From the NCBI RefSeq assembly GCF_009914755.1, contig NC_060930.1: a stretch of DNA of 64,000 bases; one strand, 5' to 3'. Numbering within the stretch: position 1 is the first letter of the stretch; each line of letters begins with the position of its first letter. This document shows, piece after piece, positions 15,886 to 27,825 of this stretch. The notes below the pieces were generated by a model, which saw only the letters and a program-made list of their open reading frames with translations, had not been told where the DNA came from and ran no database searches. Source of the DNA: the human T2T-CHM13v2.0 reference genome, Homo sapiens. A program made the translations under genes and the position numbers.

Positions 15886-16650
15886 AGTGCATCCAAAACA
15901 GCCAGGTAACCTTTGCTTTGGGACTGAAGTAATGGCTCTGATTCTGAGATGAGAGCTCACACTAGCCCTTAATTTAATCTTTACTTGAGGTGAAATTCAA
16001 TGGATTATTAGAATGGGCCCTAATCCAGTAGGACTAGTGTCCTTATAAGAAGACGAGATTAGGATACAAACACCACAAGGGACAACGATGTGAGGACACA
16101 GGGAGAAGATATCCATCTAGGAGCCAGGGAAAGAGTCCTCAGAAGAAACCTATCCTGCCCACTCCTTGATCTCAGACTTCCTGCCTCCTAGAACCGAGAG
16201 AGAATAAACTTCTGTAGTTTAAGCTACTCGGTTTGTGGTCTCAGTCACGGGAGTCCAAGCTGATGATCACAGTTGTGATGAGAACTTTACAAATTGAATC
16301 ATGGGAAGTCTTGCAATAGTGAGATCTACGACCTGGTAGATCCTATAATCCTATAATCTGAGATGCTGATTCTACAACTCTGAGCTGCTAACGCTTTGCT
16401 TCTGGGTCACAGAAGCTTCTGGAAATAAACTTGTCCCACAAACTGATAAATGCCTGTGATTTTTCTAGAAATATGCCACAGGCAACCCTGGCATCTGCAG
16501 TCACATGTCAGTATATCAGTGGGGTTTCAGGAGAAGTTTAGGGATCAGCTCCAAGTGAACCTAGTGTTTCAATCTTCCCTCCTTGCTGGGATGATGGAGT
16601 CCCCTTCAGTCAAGGCTCTGTTGAAATGAAAGGGTCTGTTCCCAGTTCCA
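15886..16650 (+). repeat. Local segmental duplication, copy 1 (includes a partial MLT1B at 16005-16270)
   Basis: 15886-16000 matches 27396-27505; 16010-16650 matches 26104-26705, including unique sequence beyond the LTR (ggagtccaagctgatgatcacag...aatcttccctccttgc). Confidence 0.85.
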
Positions 16651-17419
16651 CTCTTCCCACCCAGGGTTCTGGACTGTTAATGGTTGTCCTTTTTTTGTTT
16701 TCTTCCCGTTGATTCTTTTACCATCTTCCTCCTCTTACTGATTTTGCGTGAAGGGGGGTTTTGATGGAGGTAAGGTAGCTGATAAGAAATGAGGTAGTGA
16801 GAAAACTAGTGAGGGGTCTTCTGGCTGTCCCCAGACAGTCCTCGTGTGGTCCCCAGCCCAGCCTGCAGGTTCTGGGCTGGCTACCTCTTGGCCTCTGTGC
16901 TGTGTGTCTAGAGCTGGCCTCTAAGGGAAGGGCCCTGTGAGACCTGGCAGAACAGGGTAACTGGTCCAACAAACATCCCTCCTTTCCTCTGGCTCCACAG
17001 CTCAGGATTAGATCTAGATAGCATGTCCAGTAGGTGCCAGACTACCTCATTATATCCTGTGAGATGGGCCCAGAGGGCCTTGAGGTGGGTAAGCTTGAAG
17101 CTGGGCACCCAGAGCCTGAGACTGACAGTTCCTCCCTCCCTGTATCCTGCAGGAGGGGCCCTGTCCCAACAAGAGCCCCAGGGCCTGGCCTGAGGGTGTG
17201 GATGTGGGGAGAGGAGGGTCTGTGGGCCCAGGAGGGGGCATTTGTAGGGGACATTGAGTACTGCAGCTCAGAAGACATGAATGACAGGGTGGGAGGTGTC
17301 TTCCATGTCTGTCCATGGCACAGCACCCCTGTGATTCCCAAGGGCTGCCAGGGGCCCATTCATCTGAGCTCTTTATAGATCCTACATATGAGTCCTTCAT
17401 CAGATGTGAGATTGAAACC

Positions 17420-18970
17420 ACTTCCTCCAGCCTGGAACTTGCCTTTTCATTCTCCCCACAGGGTCTTTCAAAGTGCACACATCTTATATTTTGATGAAAT
17501 CCAATTGATCAATTTTTTCTTTTATGCATCATACTTTTTGTATTCATCCAAGAAATATTTTCCTAACCATAAGTTACACTGATATTCTCTTTTCTTTTCT
17601 TACATACAGCTTACAGCTTTAGGTCTTACATTATGGTTTATGATAAATTCTGAATTAATTTTTATGTATGATGCCACGTATGGATTGAAGTTCTGTTCAT
17701 ATGTGCATATGTATATCCAATAATTCTAAGGACCGTTTGTTGCTAAGATTGTCCTTTCTCCACTGAATTTACTTTACACCTTCTTCAAAATCAATTGAAG
17801 ATATATGTTAGGGTCTATTCTGGACCCTCTTCTGTTCTGTTGACCTATTTGTCCATCCTGTTACCAATATCACACCATCTGGATTTCTGAACCTTTATAA
17901 TAAGCCTTGAAGTCGGGTATTATAAACTGTCTCACTTGCTTCTTCTTTTTTCAAAGTTTTTTTTTTTTTTTTAACTATTCTAGGTCTACTGCATCGCCAC
18001 ACACAGAATCACTTTCTCATGAACATACATACATGTGCACCAGAAATATAAATATATGCACATCAAGACCAAGTGAAATTTATCCCAGGGATACTAGGCA
18101 GGTTTAACATGAAAAATGAGCCAATATAATTCACCACATTAACAGATTAAAAGGCAAAAACATTATTTCAGCAGATTCAGAAAAAGCATTAGACAAAATC
18201 CAATAGGCTCATAAAAAATTTCAGTCAACTAGGAATAGAAACGAAGTTTCTCAAAATGATAAAAGGCAGCTACCAAAAAAAAAATCCTATGGTTGATATT
18301 TAGTGGGTATTACCCTTAATAATGAAAGACTGGATGCTTTCACCCCAGATGAGGAACAAGCCAAGAATGTTGGCTCTCACCACTTATTTCAGCGTCTTAA
18401 GAAGATACCATCAGGGCAAAGGACTCCTTCCTTAAATAGACACAGATTTCCATGTGGAGTCATTATTCTCTTGCTGGATGTATGTCTTTTACCACTTCTC
18501 AGTCTGCATATCTCCTGGTGATGATTTGTTTCATCTTTTTTGTGTCTCCAAAAACCTCTTTATTTTGCCATCTCTTTGGGAAATATTTTGACTGTGTAAA
18601 AAATTTTAGGCTGACAAATTTATTTCTTTTAATATTTTAAAGAATTTTCTCCACTGTCATACAACTTGCAACTTTCCAACAAGAAATCTGCTTCATTCTT
18701 ATCTTTGATTTTCTGTACATATATGTCTTGTTCTTCTCTGGCTGTTTGTAGGAGGACTCAGTTTCCTGGGCATAGATATGCACGGGAAAGATGCAGTAAC
18801 TACATCAAGTGTGGTGTTGTCCAAGGGTGGATAAATAGGCCAACAGAACAGAGCAGAAGGCCCAGAGACAGACCCACATAAGTCTAAACATGATTGATAA
18901 CCAAAAATCAGAACAATAGTGAAGGACTATATTTGTTATAAATGTGCTGGGACCATTGGATAACAATCAG
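17420..18970. mobile_element. Fragmented old L1M in mixed orientations
   Basis: Decayed ORF2-like pieces on both strands (e.g. gcagattcagaaaaagcattagacaaaatcca). Confidence 0.6.
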
Positions 18971-20594
18971 CTAAGTGGGCCAAGCAGCCTTTTGGCTTAG
19001 GCTGAAGCAGGATAATAATGTTACCTATTAATAGAGTGTGAAAACTGGCTTCATGTTTTCACAGTGATTAGAGCAATATTGAGATACAGTAAATCATCAG
19101 TGAACATATTTGCTCTAGTTGCTATTGCTACTATTCATCTTCCTGTCCCGTGCAGCGTCTTATGGTTACCATGATTCAAGTGCCTCCTGGTGAGGCCGAA
19201 ACTCCACAAGACACTCTGGTCAGTCCTGGGGTACAGTTTCTTCCAGGTGGCAGAGGCTCAGTCCTGGTCACCCGCTGATCCCTTCTCAGGATGTGCCACA
19301 CAGTTCTGCCCTACTGCGGGGTGAATGCTGGGATGCCTCTCTCTTTAAAAATTCCAAACAAGGGAACTGGTGTGAGAGGGTGGGTGCCTCCACTCCCTCA
19401 GCCCTTATTTCCAGGTGGGGATCACCCCAGAGGAGTAATTCTTGAGATGTGGTCCCCAACACCTTTTTAGGGGAAGGGAGGCCAACATAATCTTCAGGTA
19501 ATACTTGAAGTATTGAAGTGAGTCTGTGTTTCTCACACTCATGCACTCCTGAGTGAAAGTGGAGTTTTCCAGAGACTGTATGAGGTGAGATGAAGCCGCC
19601 AACTGGAAAACTACACCAATGCAGAAGCAGCTGTGAATGTCCAGCTTGCTGCTGGGCCTCTAAGAGGTCTGCAAAATACAAAACCATCTTGCTCTTCTCA
19701 ATAACATAACTTTTTAAAGAAAACATAGTTATTTTTTCTAAAATTTATTCATGTTTACATGGAATAGGCATACAATTTATGTTCTAAAGGAGTTAATAAG
19801 TAAACATTTGTAAAGTTCTGAGTTATAATTACTAATACTGTAAATATTGAAAGATACAACCCTGATCCACAAAAGTTCTTTGAGCTGCTCAATACTATTT
19901 AAGACTGAGAATCTCAGGTCTATTTTAAGCTCTGGGCTCTCTCTCTTTCCCCGCACTTTTTCCCTCCCGGGGAGAAGGAAAGAAACTGATGAGTGAGTTT
20001 GGAAGAATAACCTGGAGTGAGTGCTCCCTTCACCAGTGGGTGGTGAGTTCCCCAGAAGGACTGCTTTCCTCCAAAGAGAGATGGGCAGGAAGAGGGAGGA
20101 GGGATGGGATCCTCTGGAGTAGGTACCATTTAAGGGGCACTTTTGAAAGTCAGTTTTTTAGACATCCAAGCCCCTTTCTCCAGTTCAATTTTAGGAGCAA
20201 TAGAAGTAATGCATTGTTCTCCATCTGACACTGTCCTCATTCCTTCATTCACTTTCATCAGTAGTTCTCAATTCCAGAGGGAAGGAAGGGGATTACTTAC
20301 TAAACTGTAATAGTCCATACCTAGCCTTGACATTTTTGTTTTTCTGAGTGAGTGAGAGAATTCAGGAAACTGAGGACTGTCTGTGTTGCCAGGAGCTCAT
20401 CAGCTGCAAGGATAATAGAGACGTTTCCACAAAAAACTAAAGAACCATAAGCCAGATGCTCACCTCCAAGGGAACTGTTGGCCCAGGGTAAAGGCACATA
20501 AAATGCCCAAATTGTATCCCCTGCCTGAACATAGCAGCAGCCCAACTCTGTGAGATCAACCTGCCTCTTACTTCCAGGCATCCAAACTTCACGG

Positions 20595-20938
20595 GCTAAA
20601 GTCCTAACCCTGAATGTGACAATATTTTGAGATAGGGCCTTTAAAGAGATAATTAAGGTTAAGGAGCTCATAAGACTGAGGTCCTAATCCTAAAGAATTA
20701 AAATCCTCATAAGAATAGAAAGTGTCCCCAGGGATGTGGGTACACAGAAAAAGGCCATGTCATGACACAGGGAGAAGGCGGCCATCTCAAGTCAAAGAGG
20801 GAGGCCTCAGGGGAAGCCCACCCTGCTGATACATTGATCTTGAACTTCCAAGCTCCAGGACTCTGAGAAAATAAATATCTGCTGTTTGTAGCCTAATCTA
20901 TGGCATTTTGTTAGAACAAAACACGCTGACTAAAGACA
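20595..20938 (+). mobile_element. MLT1A/B-type LTR
   Basis: gagatagggcctttaaagagataattaaggtta...gactaaagaca. Confidence 0.8.
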
Positions 20939-22573
20939 GGCAGCCCGGATCAGCCCTTCTGTGCTCTAGGGCCAGGGTTTCTGCCATTCACTTATCAAAG
21001 GACAACATCAAATTATGTAAATCAAACTCTGTTTCAAATTCTAGTGTGATGTGAAACAAACTAATAGGAGATATGAACATGTCCCTATCAATTTTGTCAT
21101 TTACACTAGGCAGAAATCAATATGATCCAAGTAACAGCATTTAAAGAATTGCTGTAATCTAAACATCTCAGAATTGCTTTAGAATGTATCACATTGAATA
21201 TCTAAAATAAGAGAATGTACATTGCTTACCAGTATCACTGGCACATTTACAAACCTGAGCAAGTTTTCGGCAACAGAGAAAACAGTGTGAATTTCACATA
21301 ACAGTCATAGTATTATACAAGTGACATTTTCCAAGTGAGTAAAAAACTGACAAATCAATTACAAGAACACTGGGAACAATCTCCAAAGACGTGTTCGTCG
21401 AATTCTAGTTAGAATATGGTTGGGAAGCCTCAAGAAGGCAGAGACAATGAAAACATGTGGAAACATGCAAGGTGGAAAGGTGGACTAGTGAGCGATGGAT
21501 AACATCAGATGATGGGGGGTTAATGTCAGACTTGCAGGGCATTTTGCTACTTGCTGGGAATTTGCTAGGGTAGGAGGAAGGTGTGGCCTCTGCCCTACTG
21601 GGGCTTCAAGTGCAAATGAGGCAGGAGTACAATAAACTGATAACAACACACAACACAGAATACATAGAAAATAATTATAGACAATTATCTTCACATTAAA
21701 AGAAACAAACCTTTTAGAGAAGAGTCAAAAAGGGGTGGAGATTTAAATGGGGTGGTCTGGACAAACATCTTTAAGGAGTGAAGGGTGAAAAAGAGTAAAA
21801 TGTACAGATAGTGTTGAGGGAGTGCTCTAAGCAGGGAAGGGAGAAAGGGACCTTGCAAGGTTGGGCGCGAGTCTGGTGCAAACAAGGGAGAGAGTGAATC
21901 CTGTGTGAGGATGTCATGGGACAAGGTCAAATGGTGCACCTGAGGACAACTCAGGGGGTGGACACCATCCTGAAATCTAAGAGTTACGCTGGCTGGGGTG
22001 CAATTGAACAAATGAAGCAGGGTGATGTGCTGCTGTGATGGCTATAGAGCATTGACGGGATGGAGCTGGGGCTGGTCAGGGGCTCTCATTAAGGTTCTGA
22101 CCATGGTGGGTGCCGGGCAACACCCTGGTCAGGGTGGGGAAGAATGCATGACATTCTGCAGGGTGGGATTCCTGTGAAGAAGCACAGGCGCTAGATTGTG
22201 TGATGAGTCTGGGAAAAACACAGAGAGTAGCCTGTGCGTGGAACCTGGAATGAGCAGAGTGAAACAGCTTGGAGAAACCAGGCTGTAGGCCAGACTGCCA
22301 GCGTTAGATCTCTCCACAGTGAGCAACGCCAGAAACAACTTGTTATGGCACTCTTACTGAATCGCTTTCCTGGCTTTTGTAGGAAGGGATGGATGGAAAC
22401 TTGAGGCCATAATGGTGGAGGAACATCAGGATCATGAATCAGTCTCTGCCCAGGGGTCCCCAGGAAGGATGGACTGGGGTGACAGAGGACAGAACTCCGA
22501 GCAAGGTGACTGAATAAGGATGAATGACACTTGTCACTCTCAGAAATATGGAGCTTGCAGAAGCCAGGAAGGT

Positions 22574-23392
22574 TGAACTAGTTTACAGTCCCACCAACAG
22601 TGTAAAGATGTTCCTATTTCTCCACATCCTCTCCAGCACCTGTTGTTTCCTGACTTTTTAATGATCACCATTCTAACTGGTGTGAGATGGTATCTCATCG
22701 TGGTTTTGATTTGCATTTCTCTGATGGCCAGTGACTATAAACTAGTTCAACCATTGTAGAAGTCAGTGTGGCGATTCCTCAGGGATCTAGAACTAGAAAT
22801 ACCATTTGACCCAGCCATCCCATTACTGGGTATATACCGAAAGGATTGTAAATCATGCTGCTATAAAGACACATGCACACGTATGTTTATTATGACACTA
22901 TTCACAATAGCAAAGACTTGAAACCAACCCAAATGTCCAACAATGATAGACTGGATTAAGAAAATGTGGCACATATACGCCATGGAATACTATGCAGCCA
23001 TAAAAAATGATGAGTTCATGTCCTTTGTAGGGACATGGATGAAGCTGGAAACCATCATTCTCAGCAAACTAGTGCAAGGACAAAAAAACCAAACACCGCA
23101 TGTTCTCACTCATAGGTGGGAATTGAACAATGAGAACACATGGACACAGGAAGGGGAACATCACACTCTGGGGCCTGTTGTGGGGTGGGGTGAAGGGGGA
23201 GGGATAGCACTAGGAGATATACCTAATGTTAAATGATGAGTTAATGGGTGCAGCACACCAACATGGCACATGTATACATATGTAACAAACATGCACGTTG
23301 TGCACATGTACCCTAAAACTTAAAGTATAATAAAAAAAGAAAAATAAAATAAAATAAAATAAAATAATTAGCTGGAAAAAAAAAAAAAAAGA
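22574..23392 (+). mobile_element. 5'-inverted, truncated L1PA (twin-priming insertion)
   Basis: 22574-22735 is antisense ORF2, 22736-23392 is the sense 3' end with tail; TSD agaagccaggaaggt at 22559-22573 and 23393-23407. Confidence 0.92.
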
Positions 23393-23726
23393 AGAAGCCA
23401 GGAAGGTCTGCTTTGCTCCTGACCTGCCTTTCCAGAGGGTTTCCATGGGAATTGAGAATAATGGGCTATCAACAGAAGCAAAGTAATTTTGTCTTGAATT
23501 CAGTCAGAAATCTGGTTACTCTGAAAATACACAAAGGTAATAAATAATCTCAAGAACATTCACCCTGCTCCTTGGAGGATCCAGCATGTTTTCCAGACAT
23601 GATCCCTTTTACAGCCTTGTGCATAGGCAGTCCCTGCCTTTGTGGAGGAGCTGAGCCCCCTAGAAGAGCAGTTTGTTTCCAGCTGTGAGGCTGAAATCTG
23701 CCCTGGGATCGGGGGCCTGAAACGCC

Positions 23727-24667
23727 TCATTTTATCCATGCCTCCATCTCACTCAACAAAGCCCTCTGAAAAACAGCCTTTAGGGACTCCCTGTGCCTCT
23801 TCCTGTAGAGTTACTCAGCCAAGAAGTAGATGACTAGGTGAGGCATGCTGACCACAATGGACAGTAGCAACAGGAGGTCAAAGGCAAGGGTCAGAAACTT
23901 TCCTGGCAGGCACACAAGGACAACTAAGGGCAGGACCCAAAGGAAGAAGCTGATGATCACAAAGCAGACAACATGATAGGTCCTGATGGGGGAACACCAC
24001 TGGGGACAGCACAGACCCCAGATGATCAGGATCAGCTTGGACATGCCCATTACAAAGCAAATAAGTACATGACATGTCATAAAGCCTCATGAAATTGGTC
24101 ACATGCCAAGCACTTCTCCCAGTACTCACAGACCTGGCTAACTGCATACAAAGAAAGGGCCAGGGCCCACCTCACCATGGCAGAGGTGTGCTCTGGGCGG
24201 TGGCAGCACCAGGTGGGACAGAGGGCACAGAGAAAGCTCTCAATACTCATGGCCACCAGGAGACAGAGACCCACTGTGTCGGAGAAATAGGAGACAGGAT
24301 CCAGAAACACAGCCACCTGCAATGCCGCCTGGTGATACAGCATGAGGATTTTCTCCAGCAGGATCACAGTTACACAGGAGAGGTTGACCATATCAACAGT
24401 GGCCAGGTTAAGGATGTAGGTCACATAGGGGCTGCTCCAGACCTGTGAGTAGAGAAGCCAGCAGATCACATCATTGCCTACCAGTCCACAGAGGGCCACC
24501 AGCACTGTCAGGGAGAAGACCACCTGCCTGTCCACCAACCACTCACCTCCCGTATGGCTCATGTTCACATGTCCTGAGGTCTCAGTCTCATTGTCCCAAT
24601 CCAGCTTTCCAGAGAGGGTTGCGAGAAGCTAGGCTATGGTGGGCTACCTTTGCTGCCTGCGCACATC
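23727..24667 (-). pseudogene. MAS1LP1: MAS1L-like (Mas-related GPCR) pseudogene
   Basis: ORF 24568-24077 covers TM1-4 (LCGLVGN, PYVTYILNLA, CHRP); a frameshift into 24080-23811 gives TM5-7; premature TAA at 23811 is followed in frame by LYRKRHRESLKAVFQRAL, matching MAS1L LRKKRLKESLRVILQRAL. Confidence 0.92.
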
Positions 24668-25974
24668 CTGCAAAAACAAAGGCTGGTAACATACCAGGTC
24701 TGGAGAGGAGAGTCAGGGTTGCCCTCTGTCCTCAGAGGTTCCTGCTGAGCCTCATGAGATTGGCAGGGATTCTGCAGAGCAGAGTGGAGGAAAGGAGCAA
24801 GCTTCTTGTGGGAGACCCATCCCTTCCCTCCCAGATTCTCCATTGCAGGATGCCCTCTCATGCATACCCTTACCCCTCTCTCCACCGCATTCAGTTATCC
24901 CTGATGCTTCATGCTGTGCCCAAGGCCCAGTGTGTATCCCGTGCACCCAGATTATCTATAAGGCTGCATAAAAAAATACATTTGTTTACATTAGCCCATA
25001 AGGATGGTTCTCCAACTTTCCCACTGGTACAGGCTGTTTTTGTGACATCGTTTTGGTGGGGGCACTGAGTGACTACTTTACCTTGAGGTTCTGAGACTCC
25101 TTGAGTCCTGGATGGGGAGGTTGCTGGTCAGTACTCAAGGGAAGGGCTCCCAACCTTGCTCCTGCTCACCTCTTCTCTGTTAGCTCTCAGGCCTCCTCCC
25201 TGGACCTTTGCACATGCTGTTCTCCTGCTTGGAAGAGCCTCTGTGCCTCAGTGAGCTCGGTCTCCTCCTTCCAGTCTCTGCCTCAGGGTCACCTTCCAGG
25301 TGATCTTCTGCTGATCAGCCTTTAAACATTGCACTCTTGACCTGCTGGCAGTCTATGATATTCACTTACTTGCTTTTGTGGGAATCATGCCCTGGAATGG
25401 AAGTTCCATGAGAATTTACTTTGTCTTTAAAATTCTGTTCACTGCCTTTTCTCCAGCCCCTGGAACAGGGTTTGACACTGAGGAGCTACTTGGGGAGGGT
25501 GCCTGCAGAGGACTTAAGTTGCTCTGTTACATGTAGGTGAGAGCAGGGGACCCTGCACACCAGAAGCTGCTTCATGGGGTCCCGAGGGAGACATGCACTT
25601 GAGCCATGGGCTCTGTCCACTTCAGGAGCAGGCACTCCGCTTCAGGCTGCCAATCACAGGTCTTTGTGTGAAGAATTGTGCAGGGAGGGCAAAGGTACCA
25701 CTTTGCCTTAGAATTTCCTAGTTTGTATTCCTGAAAATTCCTTGTCCTGAATATCCCGATAGCCCTGGGAAAACCAAGCTGGTTGGTCACCTAACTAAAA
25801 ATGAAACGGGAGAGGATCAATACCTCTTCTGGGAACCCACAGCTGAGTCAAACCTAGTAACCTGGGAGTTCAGGCCAAGGGTATGAAAGCTGATCTTATG
25901 TGGGCAAATCACAGCTATCTTTGATAAGCAGTGGATCCTTTTCTGCCTCAGTATTCCCAGCTATCTAAGGGTTG

Positions 25975-26360
25975 CTGTTATTAGCTGAATTGTGACCTTC
26001 TAAATTCATATGTTAAGGTCCTAACCCCTAATACTTCAGAATGTGACTGTGTCTGCAGACAGAATCTTTGAAGAGGTAATTATGTTAAAATGGGTCTTTA
26101 GGTTGGGCCCTAATCCAATAGGACTGGTGTCCTCATGAGATGAGGAGATTAGGATTAGTTAAACACACAGGGACAACCATGTAAGCATGCAGGGAAAAGA
26201 CAGCCATCTACAAGCCAAGGAGAGAGGTCTCAGAAAGAACCGACAGTGCCGACCCCTTAATCTCAGAATTCCAACCCCCAGGACTGTGACAGAATAGACT
26301 TCTATCATTTAAGTCACTCAGTCTGTGGTCTTAGTCATGGGAGTCCAAGCTGATGATCAC
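25975..26360 (+). mobile_element. MLT1B-type LTR (part of duplication copy 2, which spans 26104-26705 and 27396-27505)
   Basis: aaattcatatgttaaggtcctaacccctaatacttcagaatgtgactgt...; paralogous to 16010-16270. Confidence 0.8.
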
Positions 26361-26799
26361 AGTAGTGAAGAGAACTTTATACATGGAATCATGGGAAGTC
26401 TCAGAATGGTGAGACGAACCTGGTCCTACAACCCTGAGCTACTGAAGCTTTGTTTATGGATCACAGAGGCTTCTAAAACAAAGATTGTTCCACAAATTGA
26501 TGAAAGCCTAAGATATGCCAGGAAATATCTCACACGTGACCCTGTGATCTGCAGTCACATATTGGTGCATCAGTGGGGTTTCAGGAGAGTGCTAGGGACC
26601 AGCTCCAAGTGAGCCCAGTGTTTGAATCTTCCCTCCTTGCCAGGATGATGGAGTTCCCCTTCAGTCAGCAGCTCTGTTGAAATGGAAGGGTCTGGCCCCA
26701 GTCTCGCCCCTCCCTGTGCCTGTTGCCTAGACTTTCTTATCTGAGGCCAGGAGAGGAAAGCAGATCCAGCTTATATCTAATCTGGTCATAAGACGAGGC

Positions 26800-27312
26800 T
26801 TGGGGCTTAGTAACATTGGTGTCCATGGAAACATCAGGCTGATGTGCGGTTCTGTGCCCAGGCCAGGGTGTCAGAACTCGTGATGGTGACAGAAGAGAAA
26901 CTGCAAACAGGACTCCATGGCCCACCCCAGGCCACCAGGGCACCAAGCAGGAGCAGCTGGGCTTTGGTCTCCAACAAGGAGAGGAGATTTATAGATAAAA
27001 TAGTTTCATGGGAAGAAGTGACTTCCCCTCCAGCCAGAAGAAAAGATCCGCTATGGAGGTGGCATGTGGCCTCAGGGGCAGAGTCATGCTTCCCATTCCT
27101 GAGCTCATTGAAACCCAGCTCATGCCCAGAGACGACCACTGAGCCCAGTGACTGAGCAGTACATTCTTCATTGTCACCTAGGAGGAGGAGGCAGCCCTCC
27201 TGGGGTGGAGAGGCCTCGGCATCTGGTGTGGCCCCAGCACTGGGCATAGAGACATCCTGGTACTTGGAAATGTCATTTGTGGTCTTGGGAATGTCATTTC
27301 CAAGTTGGGTCA
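26800..27312 (-). pseudogene. Heavily decayed MAS1/MRGPR-like relic (tentative)
   Basis: Collinear fragments across frames: SLGSVV.SGHELGF..LR (TM1), CHL/SIADLFF (cf. MAS1 THLSIAD), ILSIN (cf. ILSID), W.GHRTAHQ (cf. [10 protein letters not shown]). Confidence 0.45.
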
Positions 27313-27487
27313 TGAGCCAGGCTCCCCAAGGAGTAGATACAACAGGCTGGATCCTGGGATTCAGGGAGCCAGCGCTGTTGGAAGTGCTCAGTTTGGTGCA
27401 GCCAAAATAGCCAAGTAGCCTTTGCATTGGGATTGAAGTATTTGCTCTGATTCTGAGGCGAGAGCCCACCCTCCCCACTTAATTTTT

Positions 27488-27825
27488 ATCTGAGGTGAAA
27501 TTCACATAACATAAATTAACCAATTTAGAGTGCACAGTTCTGCCTCACTTTGCCTCTTCACAATATTGCGCAACCCCCAACTCTATCTAGTTCCAAAACA
27601 TTTTCATGCCCCATAAGGATGCCCTTAGCAGTTACATCCCTTTCTCCCTCCCAGCTCTTGGCAACCACCATCTGCTTTCTGTCTCTGCGCATTCACCCAT
27701 TCTGGACACGTCCTATTAGTGGAATCAAACCTTCCGTGACATTTTGTTTCTGTTTCTTTCACTCAGCCTCATGTTTTCATGGCTTGTTCATGGTGCAGCA
27801 TGTGCCAGAACTTCATTTTCTGTGT
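27488..27825 (-). mobile_element. L1MB/ME-type 3' end
   Basis: gaggtgaaattcacataacataaaattaacc-like terminus; ctcttggcaaccacc..ctttctgtctct. Confidence 0.75.

Noticed and set aside
24089-25068. Plus-strand ORFs of 119 and 207 aa
   Set aside because: Antisense to the MAS1L-like pseudogene and its flank; no recognisable family.
26834-27478. 214-aa minus-strand ORF as a real protein
   Set aside because: No coherent domain; the GPCR-like motifs fall in different frames, so it is better explained as a chance open frame over a decayed relic.
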